Source: Dendrobates tinctorius
Taxonomy: Eukaryota
DNA: 64,000 bases
NCBI RefSeq assembly: GCF_039654945.1
Contig: NW_027361856.1
Span: 4,774,001 to 4,838,000 of the forward strand
Direction: 5' to 3'
The notes under the pieces are model-generated. The model was not told the DNA's origin. It worked only from the letters and a program-made list of their open reading frames with translations, and did not search any database. Shown here in pieces: positions 54,001 to 64,000 of this stretch; position 1 is the first letter of the stretch; every line of letters begins with the position of its first letter. The translations under genes were made by a program, and so were the position numbers.

Positions 54001-54731
54001 AGATGTGTGCGCATTATACAGGAATATACAGGGCGGTGTAGTGTAGATGTGTGCGCATTATACAGGAATATACGGGGCGGTATAGTGTAGATGTGTGCGT
54101 ATTATACAGGAATATACGGGGCGGTATAGTGTAGATGTGTGGTCATTATACAGGAATATACGGGGCGGTATAGTGTAGATGTGTGCGTATTATACAGGAA
54201 TATACGGGGCTGTATAGTGTAGATGTGTGCTCATTATACAGGAATATACGGGGCGGTATAGTGTAGATGTGTGCGTATTATACAGGAATATACGGGGCTG
54301 TATAGTGTAGATGTGTGCTCATACAGGAATATACGGGGCGGTATAGTGTAGATGTGTGCGCATTATACAGGAATATACGGGGCGGTATAGTGTAGATGTG
54401 TGCGCATTATACAGGAATATACGGGGCGGTATAGTGTAGATGTGTGCGCATTATACAGGAATATACAGGGCGGTGTAGTGTAGATGTGTGCGCATTATAC
54501 AGGAATATACGGGGCGGTATAGTGTAGATGTGTGCGCATTATACAGGAATATACGGGGCGGTATAGTGTAGATGTGTGCTCATTATACAGGAATATACGG
54601 GGCTGTATAGTGTAGATGTGTGCTCATTATACAGGAATATACGGGGCTGTATAGTGTAGATGTGTGCTCATTATACAGGAATATACGGGGCTGTATAGTG
54701 TAGATGTGTGCGCATTATACAGGAATATACA
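48056..54731. repeat. 44-bp minisatellite GGAATATACGGGGCGGTATAGTGTAGATGTGTGCGCATTATACA, ~150 copies (putative GON4L intron 1)
   Basis: 44-bp period (TACGGGG at 48061 and 48105). Confidence 0.96.
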
Positions 54732-57538
54732 TAGAATCATAGAATCGTAGAGTTGGAAGGGACCTCCTGGGCCATCTGGTCCAACCCCCTGCTCAAAGCA
54801 GGATTCGCTAAATCATCCCAGTCAGATGTCTGTCTAGCCTCTGTTTGAAGACTTCCATTGAAGGAGAACTCGCCACTTCTCATGGCAGCTTGTTCCACTC
54901 ATTGATCACTCTAACTGTCAAAAAGTTTTTTCTAATATCTAATCTGTGTCTCCTCCCATTCAGTTTCATCCCATTGCTTCTAGTCTTTCCTTGTGCAAAT
55001 GAGAATAAAGTTGATCCTTCTACAATGTGACAGCCCTTTAGATATTTGTAGACAGCTATTAAGTCTCCTCTCATTCTTCTCTTTTGCAAACTAAACATTC
55101 CCAAATCCTGCAACCTTTCCTCATAAGACAGGGTTTGCAGACCGGTCACCATTCTGGTCGCTCTTTTCTGAACTTGCTCCAGTTTGTTGATGTCTTTTTT
55201 AAAATGTGGTGCCCAAAACTGGACACAGTATTCCAGATGAGGTCTGACCAAAGAGGAGTAGAGGGAAATAATGACTTCACGTGATCTAGACTGTATGCTT
55301 CTGTTAATACATCCTAGAATTGCATTTGCCTTTTTTGCTGCTGCATCACACTGTTGACTCATATTCAGTCTGTGATCTATTAGTATGCCAAAGTCTTTTT
55401 CACATGTGCTGTTGCTTAGCCCTTTTCCTCCCATTCTGTATATGCTTTTTTCATTTTTATTGCCCAGATGTAGTACTTTGCATTTTTCCCTGTTAAAAAC
55501 CATTCTGTTTGTTGCTGCCCACTTCTCCAGTTTATTTATATCTTTTTGAATCCTCTCTCTCTCTTCTCTAGTATTAGCTATCCCTCCTAACTTTGTGTCA
55601 TCAGCAAATTTAATCAGTTTACCCTCAATTCCTTCATCTAAATCGTTGATAAAGATGTTGAACAATACAGGGCCCAGGACAGAGCCCTGTGGTACCCCAC
55701 TTGAGACATTCTTCCAACTTGATGTGCAGCCATTTACGACCACTCTTTGGGTCCGATCACTAAGCCAGTTATGAATCCACCTAACAGTTGCCTTGTCCAT
55801 TCCATACTTAGTCATTTTTTGTATAAGGATTGTATGAGATACTTTGTCAAATGCTTTGCTGAAGTCAAGATATACTATATCTACAGCATTTCCTTGATCC
55901 ACCCAATCAGTGATTCCATCATAGAAGGAAATTAAGTTAGTCTGACATGACTTATTAGTTACAAACCCATGCTGACTCTGTTTAATCACTTCATTCTTAT
56001 CCAGGTACTGACATACATGTTGTTTAATAATTTGTTCAAAGATCTTTCCTGGTATAGAAGTCAGACTCACCGGCCTATAGTTGCCTGGGTCCACCTTCTT
56101 CCCCTTTTTGAAGATAGGAACAACATTTGCTCTTCTCCAGTCTTCTGGGACTTCTCCTGTTCTCCAAGAATTTTCAAAGATTATGGAGAGGGGTTCAGAA
56201 ATTTCTTCTGCTATCTCCTTCAGTACTCTGGGGTGTAATTCATCTGGACCTGGTGACTTGAATTCATTTAGGTTAGCTAAGTGTTTCCTCACTATCTTTC
56301 TGTTTATAGATATCCTGGGTTCTTCTATTCCCTTAATAGGACAGTGAAGAACAGTTGATGTTACATTTCCTTTCTGAGAGAAAACAGATGCAAAATAGGA
56401 ATTTAAAAGTTTGGCCTTCTCAACATCCTGTCTTACCATTTCATCATTTTCATCCTGTTAAAATCCTATAGCATCTTTGACTTTTCTTTTACTTTTGACA
56501 TATCCCCAAAATCCTTTATTATTGCTTTTGACATCTCTTGCAAGCCTCAATTCATTGTCAGCTTTAGATAATCTGATTTGTTCCCTGCAGGTTCTGCAGA
56601 CAGCATTATATTCTTCTTTAGATATGCCTCCCTCTTTCCATTTTATAAACATTTTTTTCTTCCTTTTTAGCATGTGCTTAAGTTCTGTGTTCATCCATCC
56701 TGGCCTCCTTAAATGCTTCCTATTCTTCCCTCTTTTTGGAATTGTTAACAATTGTGCTTTGAGAATTTCATTTTTCAAGATTTCCCATCCTTCCTGGACA
56801 TTTTTGTCTTTAAGGATATCCAGCCATTGGATCCCTCCAATTCTCTTTCTGAATCCCTTAAAATCTGCCTTTCTGAAATCTAACCTTGACGTCTGAGCCT
56901 TCACAGGTCTTCCGCCTCTAGTTATCCAAAACTCTAAAATAGCATGGTCGCTACCTCCTAGGGTCCCAGCCACTTTTACCTCCTCAACCATTTCCTCCCT
57001 GTTTATAAGGATTAGATCCAAGGTAGCAGTTCCCCTTGTTTTCTCCCCTACCTTTTGGAAGATAAAGTTGTCAGCAAGAGAGGATAAGAATTTCCTTGAC
57101 CTGTTAGTTTTGCCTGAGAGAGATTCCCAACAAATGTCTGGATAGTTGAAATCTCCCATGACCACTATGTCATATTTTTTGGAGAACTTGGCCATTTGAT
57201 GCAGAAAGAGTTCATCCATATCTTCAGCTTGCACAGGCGGCCTGTAGTAAATGCCTACAATGGTGTCCTTTCCATTGTTCTGTCCTTGTATTCTTACCCA
57301 AACAGTTTCCACAGAACTCCCAGTCTCTGAAGCTTCAATCTCTGTGCAGATATACGCGTTTCTAACATACAATGCGACACCCCCTCCTCGTTTATCAAGT
57401 CTGTTTCTTGCAAATAAGTTGTATCCTTCTAGTCTTGTATTCCAATCATGTGTATTGTCCCACCAAGTTTCAGTGATTCCAATGACATCATATTTCTTTT
57501 CCTGTGTTAGTAGTTCCAATTCTCCTTGTTTGTTGCCC
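54732..57538 (-). mobile_element. Young 5'-truncated CR1 LINE: near-complete ORF2 (APE endonuclease + reverse transcriptase) with two nonsense codons
   Basis: EN motifs ITETWW, GDFN and GSDH; RT motifs LDFSKAFD, GVPQGSVLGP and FADD. The two ORFs are in frame across one TAA (56458-56460); a second premature TGA is at 54880 and the natural TAG at 54808-54810. CR1-type ATTCTATG tail. ATACA on both sides (54727-54731, 57539-57543). Confidence 0.95.
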
Positions 57539-58200
57539 ATACAGGGCGGTATAGTGTAGATGTGTGTGCATTATACAGGAATATACGGGGCGGTATAGTG
57601 TAGATGTGTTCTCATTATACAGGAATATACGGGGCGGCATAGTGTAGATGTGTGCTCATTATACAGGAATATACGGGGCGGCATAGTGTAGATGTGTGCT
57701 CATTATACAGGAATATACGGGGCGGTATAGTGTAGATGTGTGCGCATTATACAGGAATATACGGGGCGGTATAGTGTAGATGTGTGCGCATTATACAGGA
57801 ATATACGGGGCGGTATAGTGTAGATGTGTGCTCATTATACAGGAATATACGGGGCGGCATAGTGTAGATGTGTGCTCATTATACAGGAATATACGGGGCG
57901 GCATAGTGTAGATGTGTGCTCATTATACAGGAATATACGGGGCGGCATAGAGTAGATGTGTGCTCATTATACAGGAATATACGGGGCGGCATAGTGTAGA
58001 TGTGTGCTCATTATACAGGAATATACGGGGCGGCATAGTGTAGATGTGTGCTCATTATACAGGAATATACGGGGCGGTACAGTGTAGATGTGTGCGCATT
58101 ATACAGGAATATACGGGGCAGTATAGTGCAGATGTGTGCGCATTATACAGGAATATACAGGGCGGCATAGTGTAGATGTGTGTGCATTATATAGGAAAAT
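57539..58200. repeat. Continuation of the 44-bp minisatellite (~15 copies), decaying rightwards
   Basis: Same unit resumes in register after the CR1. Confidence 0.93.
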
Positions 58201-58666
58201 ATGGGGTGGTTTCGTTTAAGGTTGTATAATACGGTGCAGTATAGTGTAGTGGATGTATAGTATAGTACATGGGTGTGTAATTCCAAGGTGCAGTGTATAC
58301 ACTATACGAGGGGGTTTATAATATACGGTGACAGCAAATACTTTATACAGTGGAATTATATACATTATACGGGGCGGTGTATGATTTCGGGGACAGTTGT
58401 ATACCTTATACGGGGGTGTATAATCTGTTGGACAATATACGTTCTACAGTGGGTATATAATGAGGCAGTGTAGTGCAGAGAGTGTATTTACTATACGAAT
58501 GCAGTATAGTACAGGGGTGTGCATAATTCACGAAGATCAGTGTGTACATTATACTGGGGTATATAATATACGGGGCAGTATATACATTATATGTTGGGGT
58601 GTCTTTCCTGTGTATCTTTATATGACGGCTATACTGACTCCTGTTTGTGTCTCCTTGCAGCCGGTG

Positions 58667-59159
58667 ATGGAGGACCTCTCCAGCGCTGATCTTTTTGATC
58701 TCCGTGGTCTTCGGAGGTCTGGATCTGCTGGTCCTGCTCCTCGTCCCCCTTCCTGCTCGCTACGTGGCTTTGCTGTTGATGGACTTTCCATTTTGCAGAA
58801 ACCCCTTAGTGCTGATGCTGTAGCCAGCACGGAGCATTGCAGGAGACCCACCAGCCCCACAGAAATACTTTCCATTAGTTCTACACCCCAAGGTCCTCCT
58901 GACTCCCCTCACTGTCCTAATAAAGGCAGAGCCCAGTGTTGTCCTACCACATTGCGGCCAAGACTGGACTCTGTACAGAGACCCACTAACACAGATTCCC
59001 CCGGTGTAACACACATTGACCCCAATGTTGTGGGGGAAGAGCTACACTCTGATTCACATCGGAAGTCCACGACTGGGGGTCTGACTGTCAGCACAATGTC
59101 CAATGCCAGTGTCAGCAGGACTACCAAGTCACAACTGGAGATGGAGGGAATCGATACTG
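58667..59159 (+). CDS. GON4L: GON4L probable first coding exon (divergent low-complexity N-terminus)
   Basis: Acceptor CTCCTTGCAG at 58660, ATG in good context (GTGATGG), open frame to donor ACTG|GTGAGG. Frame-compatible with the downstream conserved exons, though the peptide itself is not recognisable. Confidence 0.65.
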
Positions 59160-59228
59160 GTGAGGACTGTATATACTCATCCCTTGTGTAACCAAACCTC
59201 TCTTGGTACTAAGACGTTGTATTCTCAG

Positions 59229-59324
59229 GTGTCCAACATCCCCCTGACACAGAAGTGGTCCATGGTGTGTGCCCACATGTTTCCCAAGACGAGGAGGGTG
59301 ATGCGGAGCTGGTGATCCCTTATG
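59229..59324 (+). CDS. GON4L: GON4L coding exon (GVQHPP...EGDAELVIPY)
   Basis: TTCTCAG|GT ... TATG|GTCAGT, 96 nt, phase 1-1, open frame. Confidence 0.7.
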
Positions 59325-59409
59325 GTCAGTTACCACATCCTACTTTTGTTATAGTGCATGGAGTTGAATTGACTGATGGCTGCACTGTCTGAGAGGTTAG
59401 TGGCCCAAA

Positions 59410-61500
59410 GTGCAGTTCTTCCTCCTCCCGGGTTTTTGGTTGGGCTGTGGATGCGGCTCTGCCTCCTCCCGGGTTTTTGGTTGGGCGGGCTGTGGATGTG
59501 GCTCTGCCTCTTCCCGGGTGGTTTTTTGGGCTGTGGATGCGGCTCTGCCTCTTCCCGGGTGGTTTTTTGGGCTGTGGATGCGGCTCTGCCTCTTCCCGGG
59601 TGGTTTTTTGGGCTGTGGATGCGGCCCTGCCTCTTCCCGGGTGGTTGGTTGGGCTGTGGATGCGGCTCTGCCTCTTCCCGGGTTGTTGGTTGGGCTGTGG
59701 ATGCAGTTTTGCCTCCTCCCGGGTTGTTGGTTGGACTGTGGATGCGGCTCTTCCTCCTCCCGGGTTGTTGGTTGGACTGTGGATGCGGCTCTTCCTCCTC
59801 CCGGGTTGTTGGTTGGACTGTGGATGCGGCTCTTCCTCCTCCCGGGTTGTTGGTTGGACTGTGGATGCGGCTCTTCCTCCTCCCGGGTTGTTGGTTGGAC
59901 TGTGGATGCGGCTCTTCCTCCTCCCGGGTTGTTGGTTGGACTGTGGATGCGGCTCTTCCTCCTCCCGGGTTGTTGGTTGGACTGTGGATGCGGCTCTTCC
60001 TCCTCCCGGGTTGTTGGTTGGACTGTGGATGCGGCTCTTCCTCCTCCCGGGTTGTTGGTTGGACTGTGGATGCGGCTCTTCCTCCTCCCGGGTTGTTGGT
60101 TGGACTGTGGATGCGGCTCTTCCTCCTCCCGGGTTGTTGGTTGGACTGTGGATGCGGCTCTTCCTCCTCCCGGGTTGTTGGTTGGACTGTGGATGCGGCT
60201 CTTCCTCCTCCCGGGTTGTTGGTTGGACTGTGGATGCGGCTCTTCCTCCTCCCGGGTTGTTGGTTGGACTGTGGATGCGGCTCTTCCTCCTCCCGGGTTG
60301 TTGGTTGGACTGTGGATGCGGCTCTTCCTCCTCCCGGGTTGTTGGTTGGACTGTGGATGCGGCTCTTCCTCCTCCCGGGTTGTTGGTTGGACTGTGGATG
60401 CGGCTCTTCCTCCTCCCGGGTTGTTGGTTGGACTGTGGATGCGGCTCTTCCTCCTCCCGGGTTGTTGGTTGGACTGTGGATGCGGCTCTTCCTCCTCCCG
60501 GGTTGTTGGTTGGACTGTGGATGCGGCTCTTCCTCCTCCCGGGTTGTTGGTTGGACTGTGGATGCGGCTCTTCCTCCTCCCGGGTTGTTGGTTGGACTGT
60601 GGATGCGGCTCTTCCTCCTCCCGGGTTGTTGGTTGGACTGTGGATGCGGCTCTTCCTCCTCCCGGGTTGTTGGTTGGACTGTGGATGCGGCTCTTCCTCC
60701 TCCCGGGTTGTTGGTTGGACTGTGGATGCGGCTCTTCCTCCTCCCGGGTTGTTGGTTGGACTGTGGATGCGGCTCTTCCTCCTCCCGGGTTGTTGGTTGG
60801 ACTGTGGATGCGGCTCTTCCTCCTCCCGGGTTGTTGGTTGGACTGTGGATGCGGCTCTTCCTCCTCCCGGGTTGTTGGTTGGACTGTGGATGCGGCTCTT
60901 CCTCCTCCCGGGTTGTTGGTTGGACTGTGGATGCGGCTCTTCCTCCTCCCGGGTTGTTGGTTGGACTGTGGATGCGGCTCTTCCTCCTCCCGGGTTGTTG
61001 GTTGGACTGTGGATGCGGCTCTTCCTCCTCCCGGGTTGTTGGTTGGACTGTGGATGCGGCTCTTCCTCCTCCCGGGTTGTTGGTTGGACTGTGGATGCGG
61101 CTCTTCCTCCTCCCGGGTTGTTGGTTGGACTGTGGATGCGGCTCTTCCTCCTCCCGGGTTGTTGGTTGGACTGTGGATGCGGCTCTTCCTCCTCCCGGGT
61201 TGTTGGTTGGACTGTGGATGTGGTTCTTCCTCCCGGGTTGTTGGTTGGACTGTGGATGTGGTTCTTCCTCCCGGGTTGTTGGTTGGACTGTGGATGTGGT
61301 TCTTCCTCCCGGGTTGTTGGTTGGACTGTGGATGTGGTTCTTCCTCCCGGGTTGTTGGTTGGACTGTGGATGCGCCTCTTCCTCCTCCCGGGTGGTTGGT
61401 TGGGCTGTGGATGCAGTTCTGCCTTCTCCCGGGTGGTTGGTTGGGCTGTGGATGCAGTTCTGCTTCCTCCCGGGTGGTTGGTTGGGCTGCCGACGCCGCT
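59410..61500. repeat. 41-bp minisatellite GGATGCGGCTCTTCCTCCTCCCGGGTTGTTGGTTGGACTGT, ~50 copies, in a GON4L intron
   Basis: 41-bp period. The core at ~59720-61220 appears invariant and the edges are diverged. Confidence 0.97.
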
Positions 61501-61588
61501 CTGTCTCCTGGGGTGGTTGGTTGGGCTGTCGACTCCGCTCTGCTTCCTCTGGAGTGATTTATGTTTTCAGCCCATCTGATTCTTTTAG

Positions 61589-61752
61589 ATGACAATCAGA
61601 AGAGCAGAAAAAAGAAGAAACTTGTAGGGAAGAGGAAGCGAGAAGATGCCGAGCCGCTCACCTGTGACCTGGATGAGGACCTGGACCGAACACTGGAGGA
61701 CGGAGCCAAGCAGCACAACCTTACAGTGGTCAACGTCCGCAACATTCTCCAT
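61589..61752 (+). CDS. GON4L: GON4L coding exon (basic NLS-like stretch, [24 protein letters not shown])
   Basis: TTTTAG|AT ... CAT|GTGAGT. Conserved GON4L motif. Confidence 0.92.
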
Positions 61753-61833
61753 GTGAGTGACTCCACCAGTGAGGGCTCATGCTGGGAGTTGTAGTACCTG
61801 TCCTCATCGCTACCTGTGCTGCTTGCATTGCAG

Positions 61834-61908
61834 GAGGTGATCACTAATGAGCATGTTGTGGCCATGATGAAGGCCGCCATCACAGAAAGCCAAGGCCTGC
61901 CGCCCTTC
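61834..61908 (+). CDS. GON4L: GON4L coding exon (EVITNEHVVAMMKAAITESQGLPPF)
   Basis: TTGCAG|GAG ... TTC|GTAAGT, 75 nt. Conserved motif. Confidence 0.95.
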
Positions 61909-62026
61909 GTAAGTAATCGCCCTGCTGGCGTTCACCGGCCAATGACGAGCGAGTCCCTTCATTTGGCTGATAACAGGGAGCAAGAGCAGCAGAGGGATGT
62001 GTGACTGCCCCGCTTCTGTCTTACAG

Positions 62027-62077
62027 GAACCCAAAATGACTCGATCAAAGCTAAAAGAGGTGGTGGAGAAAGGTGTG
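62027..62077 (+). CDS. GON4L: GON4L coding exon (EPKMTRSKLKEVVEKGV)
   Basis: TTACAG|GAA ... GTG|GTGAGT, 51 nt. Confidence 0.95.
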
Positions 62078-62192
62078 GTGAGTGTCCGCCCACTGACTGG
62101 CGTCGTCCGTTCATTTGTCCGCCCGCTGATTGTGGCCCTGTTTGTCTGCCCATCTACGACCCCCGTTTGTTGACTAAGGCCCTTACTCTTAG

Positions 62193-62243
62193 GTCATCCC
62201 TACCTGGAACCTGTCTCCAATCAAGAAGAGCAGCCAGCAGCAG
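62193..62243 (+). CDS. GON4L: GON4L coding exon (VIPTWNLSPIKKSSQQQ)
   Basis: CTCTTAG|GTC ... CAG|GTGAGC, 51 nt. Confidence 0.93.
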
Positions 62244-62493
62244 GTGAGCAGTTGGGGGACCTGAGCCTCGGTAGAAGATTTGCTTCGGATACGTTGTAGT
62301 TGGGGATCACACTAAACACTTTGGGGTAGGGGGTTTGCTGGATGTGACCCCAGACTCCTGGAGCCTGGATTATGGGGGTGAGGGGTTCAGTGCTTGGGTC
62401 TGGGGTGGTGGGATTGCCGATCATCCCCTGGCTAATGACCCCCATCCTCTTACATGTGCTCACTACTCCCCCTTCCTGCCTATCTTACATCAG

Positions 62494-62589
62494 GTACCTC
62501 AGTTTGTTGACATCCCCCTGGAAGAAGAGGATTCATCAGATGAGGAGTATCGGCCAGAAGAGGAGGATGAAGATGAGACAGCTGAAGAG
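62494..62589 (+). CDS. GON4L: GON4L coding exon ([32 protein letters not shown])
   Basis: CATCAG|GTA ... GAG|GTGAGG, 96 nt. Conserved acidic motif. Confidence 0.94.
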
Positions 62590-62692
62590 GTGAGGGTGTG
62601 CACTATGGGGCGGGGACCCTGCTGGCTGGGGGGTACGCGATGGGGCCCTGCTGGCCGGGGTTCAGGTCACTCATGCTGTGTCTTGTCTGCAG

Positions 62693-62806
62693 AGTCTGCT
62701 GGAGAGTGATGTGGAGAGCACGGCGTCCTCCCCACGTGGGCACAAGCGTATGAGAGGCCATTATTTCTTGGAGTCGCAGGCTGAGGAGCGTATGGATGGC
62801 CGGCAG
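62693..62806 (+). CDS. GON4L: GON4L coding exon ([16 protein letters not shown]...)
   Basis: CTGCAG|AGT ... CAG|GTAAGT, 114 nt. Confidence 0.93.
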
Positions 62807-62880
62807 GTAAGTTACCACATGTGGCCGGGGCAGACGTGGCTCAGGTGTGCATTAATTATGGGTGTTATCTGTCCATTCAG

Positions 62881-63036
62881 CAGGGCGCTGTGAATATCAT
62901 CACTACGGAATCTGTTCCCATGGGGCCTCCTCCACCCCCCAAATTAAAGGACACCCCTGACAGTGCCTTCATGGATAAACTGCACGCCGTGGATGAGGAG
63001 CTGGATAGCCATCCAGTCACTATTGGGTCCTTCCAG
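62881..63036 (+). CDS. GON4L: GON4L coding exon (PMGPPPPPK...FMDKLHAVDEEL); NAGNAG acceptor (62881 or 62884)
   Basis: TTCAG|CAG|GGC ... CAG|GTACGC. Conserved motif. Confidence 0.92.
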
Positions 63037-63175
63037 GTACGCCCTGCCCCTCTGTCTGTAGTTCCCAGGTATGCCCTGCCCCGTGGGTCCCAGGTACGCC
63101 CTCCCCCTCAGCCCATGGTTCCCAGGTTCCACTATCCTCTGAGGTGACACTGGTTGATGCTTCTAATCCTGACAG

Positions 63176-63368
63176 TCCCTGGAAGAAAATCTCATCGCCT
63201 GCCGCACACGTTCCAAGAGGCCGCTGAAGAATGTGCCCATCGGTCAGCTGGAGGCCGAACTACAGGCCCCGGACATCACCCCCGACATGTATGAAGCAAA
63301 CACCGCTGATGATGACAACTGGAAGAACTGGCTACGCGGCCTGATGCACGACGACGTGGGAAACGATG
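63176..63368 (+). CDS. GON4L: GON4L coding exon ([33 protein letters not shown]...)
   Basis: TGACAG|TCC ... GATG|GTGAAT, 193 nt. Conserved motif. Confidence 0.95.
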
Positions 63369-63373
63369 GTGAA

Positions 63374-63508
63374 TGCTGGGGCTCTCGCACCCACCACCGC
63401 CTTCCCCAGTGCTGGGGCTCTCGCACCCACCACCGCCTTCCCCAGTGCTGGGGCTCTCGCACCCACCACCGCCTTCCCCAGTGCTGGGGCTCTCGCACCC
63501 ACCACCGC
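63374..63508. repeat. 36-bp tandem repeat, ~4 copies, starting just after a GON4L donor
   Basis: TGCTGGGGCTCTCGCACCCACCACCGCCTTCCCCAG repeated exactly, last copy partial. Confidence 0.93.
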
Positions 63509-63620
63509 GTTGGCGTTCCCCCAATGCTGCGCCGTCTGGCTCCCCCCACACTACCCTCTCTGATCGAGCCATCCAGGCGCCCCACTGTCCTGTCTCTGAT
63601 CGTGCCATCTCTTGTTTCAG

Positions 63621-63722
63621 ATGAAGCAGACGATGATGATGACCCAGAATACAACATTCTGGAGGACTGGGATGAGCCGGACACAGAGGACCTGCGCAAT
63701 GATCGTGCCGTGCGAATCACCA
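63621..63722 (+). CDS. GON4L: GON4L coding exon ([34 protein letters not shown])
   Basis: TTTCAG|AT ... ACCA|GTAAGT, 102 nt. Confidence 0.95.
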
Positions 63723-63815
63723 GTAAGTGGGTGAACTGAGGAAAGGGGAGTGGTGGGGGGGGGGGGGTCCTTGGAGGATGGAGCTTCATCTTCTTCTCAT
63801 TATTCTGATTGGCAG

Positions 63816-63856
63816 AAAAAGAAGTGAATGAGCTGATGGAGGAGCTATTTGAGACA
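63816..63856 (+). CDS. GON4L: GON4L coding exon (KKEVNELMEELFET); gene continues beyond the window
   Basis: GGCAG|AA ... ACA|GTGAGT, 41 nt. Confidence 0.94.
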
Positions 63857-64000
63857 GTGAGTACAGCCCCCTCTCCTTCTGCCGCCCCTCTCTCTCTCTT
63901 CCTGCCCCCGCTCTCTTGCCGCCGCTGCCCCCCGGTGGAGACACGAAGGGGGGTCAGTGGGTGCTCTAGACTGCTAGCCAAAACCGCATTGACCAGGGAT

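Noticed and set aside
54732-57538. Active autonomous LINE or domesticated RT gene
   Set aside because: No ORF1 or 5' UTR, truncated endonuclease start, two premature stops.
58460-58660. N-terminal extension of the 243-aa ORF upstream of GON4L
   Set aside because: Lies in decayed satellite-like sequence upstream of a clear acceptor at 58660.
59376-61595. Four ORFs of more than 700 aa
   Set aside because: A 41-bp intronic repeat cycling through all frames. The flanking GON4L exons splice in frame around it.

Overview
Vertebrate genomic DNA, most likely a frog (inferred from T2/Kolobok-type TTAA MITE, L2, CR1, Tc1 and Penelope-like repeats). It holds two divergently transcribed genes. SYT11 (synaptotagmin-11) is on the minus strand with four coding exons at 40564->19797, about 418 aa, and all splice sites are readable. 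The first 12 coding exons of GON4L are on the plus strand at 58667->63856 and the gene runs off the window. Roughly three quarters or more of the window (my rough tally) is tandem repeat: about a dozen different minisatellites (21-87 bp units), essentially one per large intron, UTR or intergenic interval, while the other introns are only 69-252 bp. Almost all long ORFs in the track are repeat artefacts. I see no new protein-coding system. The best leads are regulatory or structural: (1) overlapping GT/GC donors in SYT11 that would switch a C2B Ca2+-ligand position between Asp and Gly-Asn; (2) about 20 tandem ETS-CRE motifs flanked by an NRF1 site and an RFX X-box in SYT11 intron 1; (3) the SYT11/GON4L head-to-head promoter split by a 6.9-kb satellite; (4) an L2 insertion coupled to a satellite inversion; (5) a MITE whose palindrome extends 70 bp past its TTAA target sites. 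Repeat boundaries and copy numbers are manual estimates.
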